Shown in pieces: positions 62,049-64,000 of a stretch of 64,000 bases of DNA. The DNA lies in NCBI GenBank assembly GCA_014879945.1, contig JACSRE010000172.1, positions 1,239-65,238 on the forward strand, written 5' to 3'. Position numbers and translations under genes: made by a program. Under the pieces are notes generated by a model. That model did no database searches, was not told where the DNA came from, and saw only the letters and a program-made list of their open reading frames with translations. Positions within the stretch are counted from its first letter, which is position 1, and every line of letters begins with the position of its first letter. The stretch comes from Myxococcus sp. (GTDB lineage Bacteria > Myxococcota > Myxococcia > Myxococcales > Myxococcaceae).

Positions 62049-63815
62049 ATGGCAGCGCCGGTCACGCTTCGCACCGAGATGGGAGACGAGGAGCTCGATC
62101 TGCCCGAGTTCGAGGGGCGCATCACCCGCGGCGAGGTGTCGCCGCAGAGCCTGGTCTGCATGCCGGTCGTCACCGGCGAGCGGTTCGTGCCGGCCTGTGA
62201 GCTCGAGCTCTGGCAGCGGCTGCAAGACGGGCGAAAGGCGTACTTCTCGCGGGCCTTCTCGCTGTCCCGCTTCCCGTTCTTCACCTCGGCCGTCATCCTG
62301 GTGAACCTCGGGGCCTTCCTGCTCACCGCCGAGGGCGGGGTGATGGAGCTCGACGACATGGTCCGCTACGGCGGGAAGGTCGGGCCGCTGATCTTCGATC
62401 TCGGCGAGAGCTGGCGGCTCTTCACGGCCAACCTGCTGCACCGCGACGCGCTGCACCTGGGCCTCAACATGTTCGTGCTCTTCAACGTGGGGGGCATGCT
62501 CGAGAACACCTACCGCACGCTCGACTACCTGTGGCTGCTGGTGATCTCGGGCCTGGCCACCATGACGGCCTCGCTGTTCCTGAACGAGGCCATCACCATC
62601 GGCGCCTCGGGCATGGTGTTCGGGTGCCTGGGCGGCGTGGTGGCCTTCGGGTTGAAGTACCGCAGCTCGCTGTCTGCCTTCCACCGCAGCGTGATGGGCG
62701 ACGCCGCCATCCCCACGGCGCTGGGCCTGCTGCTGATCGGCATCACCTCGCAGGGGGTGGACAACTGGGCCCACGCCGGGGGCCTCTTCGCGGGCCTGGC
62801 GACCGGCTCGTTGATGAGGCCGCGGCTGCTCGCCGAAGGGCAGCGCTGGAAGTGGGAGCCGGCGCTGCGCGCGCTGCCCTCGTTCGGCATCTTGATGGCG
62901 GTGTTCTTCGGGCAGCTCTTCCTGGGTGACTTCCTGCCGCCGACGCGCGTGGAGCGCGATGACGTGTACGGCTTCTCGATTCACGTGCCCTCGACGTGGG
63001 GCCGGGGCGCGACGCCGCTGGGCCGCGTCGCCTGGTACAACGGCCTGCCCGGCGTGGGCCGCGCCAGCTTCGCCGCCGAGGCCGTACAGATGAGCGAGGG
63101 CGCCGACGCGCTCGAGGCCGCGCACCGCTTCGTCGAAGAGCGCCTCACCCCGCAGGCCCTCGGCGCCGAGGTGACGCGGGTTCGGCCCGAGTCCACCGCG
63201 CTGGTGCGCGTCGGCGACCGCGACGGCGTGCGGGTGCGCGCGGTGATCGACGAGACGTCGGGGCCCACCCGGCTGGCGGCCTACTTCGTGCCGCGCGGGC
63301 GCGTCGTCTACCAGCTCGTCTTTCAGTGGTCCGCCGCCGCGCCCCGGTACGCCCAGGTCGCCGAGCAGATGCTCGCGGGCGTGCGCTTCGAAGAAGGCCA
63401 GGCGCTGCGGCTGTCTCGCGCCGAGGCGCTGCTGTTCCCCAACTCGGGGCCGGTGCTGACGCGGCTGGGGCAGGCGCTCCTCGACACCGGTGACGCGGTG
63501 CCCGCGGCCGAGGCGCTGACGGTGGCGGTGAAGGCCGACCCCTCGAACGGCGTGGCCCGGGTGCTCTTGTCGAAGGCGTGGCTCGCCGCCGGGGCCGTCG
63601 AGCGGGCCTGCGCGGCCGCGGCCGACGCCGTCACCTACGCCCCCGACGACGCCGAGGCGCTCGAGGCCGAGGCCCGCTGCGAGCTGGCGCTGGGGCACCC
63701 GCGGCGGGCGCTGCTGCGGCTCCAGTCGGCCCGCTCGCTCGAGCCCGACAACAAGGCCCTCGAGGCGGCCGAGCGGCGGCTGAAAGAGACGCTCCCGGAG
63801 TACTTCGGGGAGTGA
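62049..63815 (+). CDS. Rhomboid-family intramembrane serine protease with extra TM, periplasmic globular domain and TPR repeats
   Basis: ATG 62049. Rhomboid motifs WRLFTANLLH, GASGMVFG (Ser), HAGGLFAGL (His). C-terminal TPR helices. The 60132-62048 part of the listed ORF is antisense to the FHA gene. Confidence 0.85.
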   Translation: MAAPVTLRTEMGDEELDLPEFEGRITRGEVSPQSLVCMPVVTGERFVPACELELWQRLQDGRKAYFSRAFSLSRFPFFTSAVILVNLGAFLLTAEGGVMELDDMVRYGGKVGPLIFDLGESWRLFTANLLHRDALHLGLNMFVLFNVGGMLENTYRTLDYLWLLVISGLATMTASLFLNEAITIGASGMVFGCLGGVVAFGLKYRSSLSAFHRSVMGDAAIPTALGLLLIGITSQGVDNWAHAGGLFAGLATGSLMRPRLLAEGQRWKWEPALRALPSFGILMAVFFGQLFLGDFLPPTRVERDDVYGFSIHVPSTWGRGATPLGRVAWYNGLPGVGRASFAAEAVQMSEGADALEAAHRFVEERLTPQALGAEVTRVRPESTALVRVGDRDGVRVRAVIDETSGPTRLAAYFVPRGRVVYQLVFQWSAAAPRYAQVAEQMLAGVRFEEGQALRLSRAEALLFPNSGPVLTRLGQALLDTGDAVPAAEALTVAVKADPSNGVARVLLSKAWLAAGAVERACAAAADAVTYAPDDAEALEAEARCELALGHPRRALLRLQSARSLEPDNKALEAAERRLKETLPEYFGE

Positions 63816-63857
63816 ATCGTAGTGAGGCCGTCGCGTCGGTCGCCCGTGTCCTCTGCT

Positions 63858-64000
63858 ATGAGCCCCCGCATGCGCCTCCTCCTCGCCGCTGCGCTCGTCT
63901 GCTCCTCCTCGGCGTTGGCCGAAGACTCCGCCGCCGACATCTCGCGGAAGTCGCGCGAGAAGGGCGCGCTCAACCTCGTCGGCCTCACCGCCGAGCTCAA
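63858..64000 (+). CDS. Secreted protein, 3'-truncated by window edge (signal peptide only; possibly LolA-like lipoprotein-sorting family)
   Basis: MSPRMRLLLAAALVCSSSALA/EDSAADISRKSREKG. Open to the window end. Not in the ORF track because no stop is present. Confidence 0.4.
   Translation, partial: MSPRMRLLLAAALVCSSSALAEDSAADISRKSREKGALNLVGLTAEL

Noticed and set aside
1-64000. tRNA, rRNA, CRISPR arrays, IS elements, integrases, prophage or known defence-system genes
   Set aside because: None was recognised on either strand. The intergenic regions are short (mostly under 170 nt), and all larger ORFs are accounted for by the genes listed. A tRNAscan, Infernal and DefenseFinder run would be the formal check.

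Overview
Very GC-rich (by eye about 70% G+C, not computed), gene-dense chromosomal segment. I call about 55 protein genes. I found no rRNA, tRNA, CRISPR array, IS element, integrase or phage gene. The gene content points to a myxobacterium (Myxococcota): a Glt/Nfs-like pair of outer-membrane barrels plus a TPR protein, PEGA, FHA, PilZ and HDOD proteins, many Cys-rich lipoproteins, an RpoH-like sigma factor with an acidic extension, and a large J-domain protein.

Layout by coordinate:
- 1-3.2 kb: Glt/Nfs-type envelope module.
- 3.2-5.4 kb: plsX plus an App1-like phosphatase.
- 5.4-13.3 kb: ABC-transporter-dependent (Wzm/Wzt) glycan locus with an embedded PilZ gene.
- 13.3-15.6 kb: two leaderless cysteine-peptidase-like genes.
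- 15.8-18.2 kb: methylmalonyl-CoA mutase large subunit plus a membrane protein.
- 18.2-21.9 kb: a six-repeat lipoprotein plus a second lipoprotein.
- 21.9-24.9 kb: J-domain protein and yhbY.
- 24.9-29.1 kb: PNPOx-like, ceramidase-like and a large two-TM (GIDE-like?) protein.
- 29.3-33.6 kb: tightly coupled operon of a small lipoprotein, lysA, dapA, dapB, an FAH-family gene and folK.
- 33.7-37.5 kb: lipoproteins, a TPR protein, a MinD-like ATPase and an HDOD protein.
- 37.6-43.9 kb: hydrolase, Ctp protease, CDF transporter, PEGA protein and ddl.
- 44.0-46.7 kb: secretin-N/BON protein, a CslA-like processive GT2 synthase and a CxxC membrane protein.
- 46.8-50.3 kb: a DEAD-box helicase divergent from an RpoH-like sigma factor.
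- 51.1-56.5 kb: a 1420-aa lipase-like lipoprotein translationally coupled to a FadL porin.
- 57.1-59.4 kb: biotin carboxylase, a mini-BCCP and a crotonase.
- 59.5-63.8 kb: REC-HTH regulator, a double-FHA/TM/TPR protein and a divergent rhomboid-TPR protease.

The many long ORFs lying antisense to these genes are high-GC artefacts.

No canonical defence or mobile system is visible. The least-explained candidates for something new are:
- the Cys-peptidase-like pair;
- the CslA-like synthase module;
- the lipase-like protein (GHDVG nucleophile elbow) with FadL;
- the FHA/REC-HTH/rhomboid cluster;
- the apparently split and degenerate chain-terminator components of the glycan locus.

All family assignments rest on motif recognition by eye. 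No database search was run.
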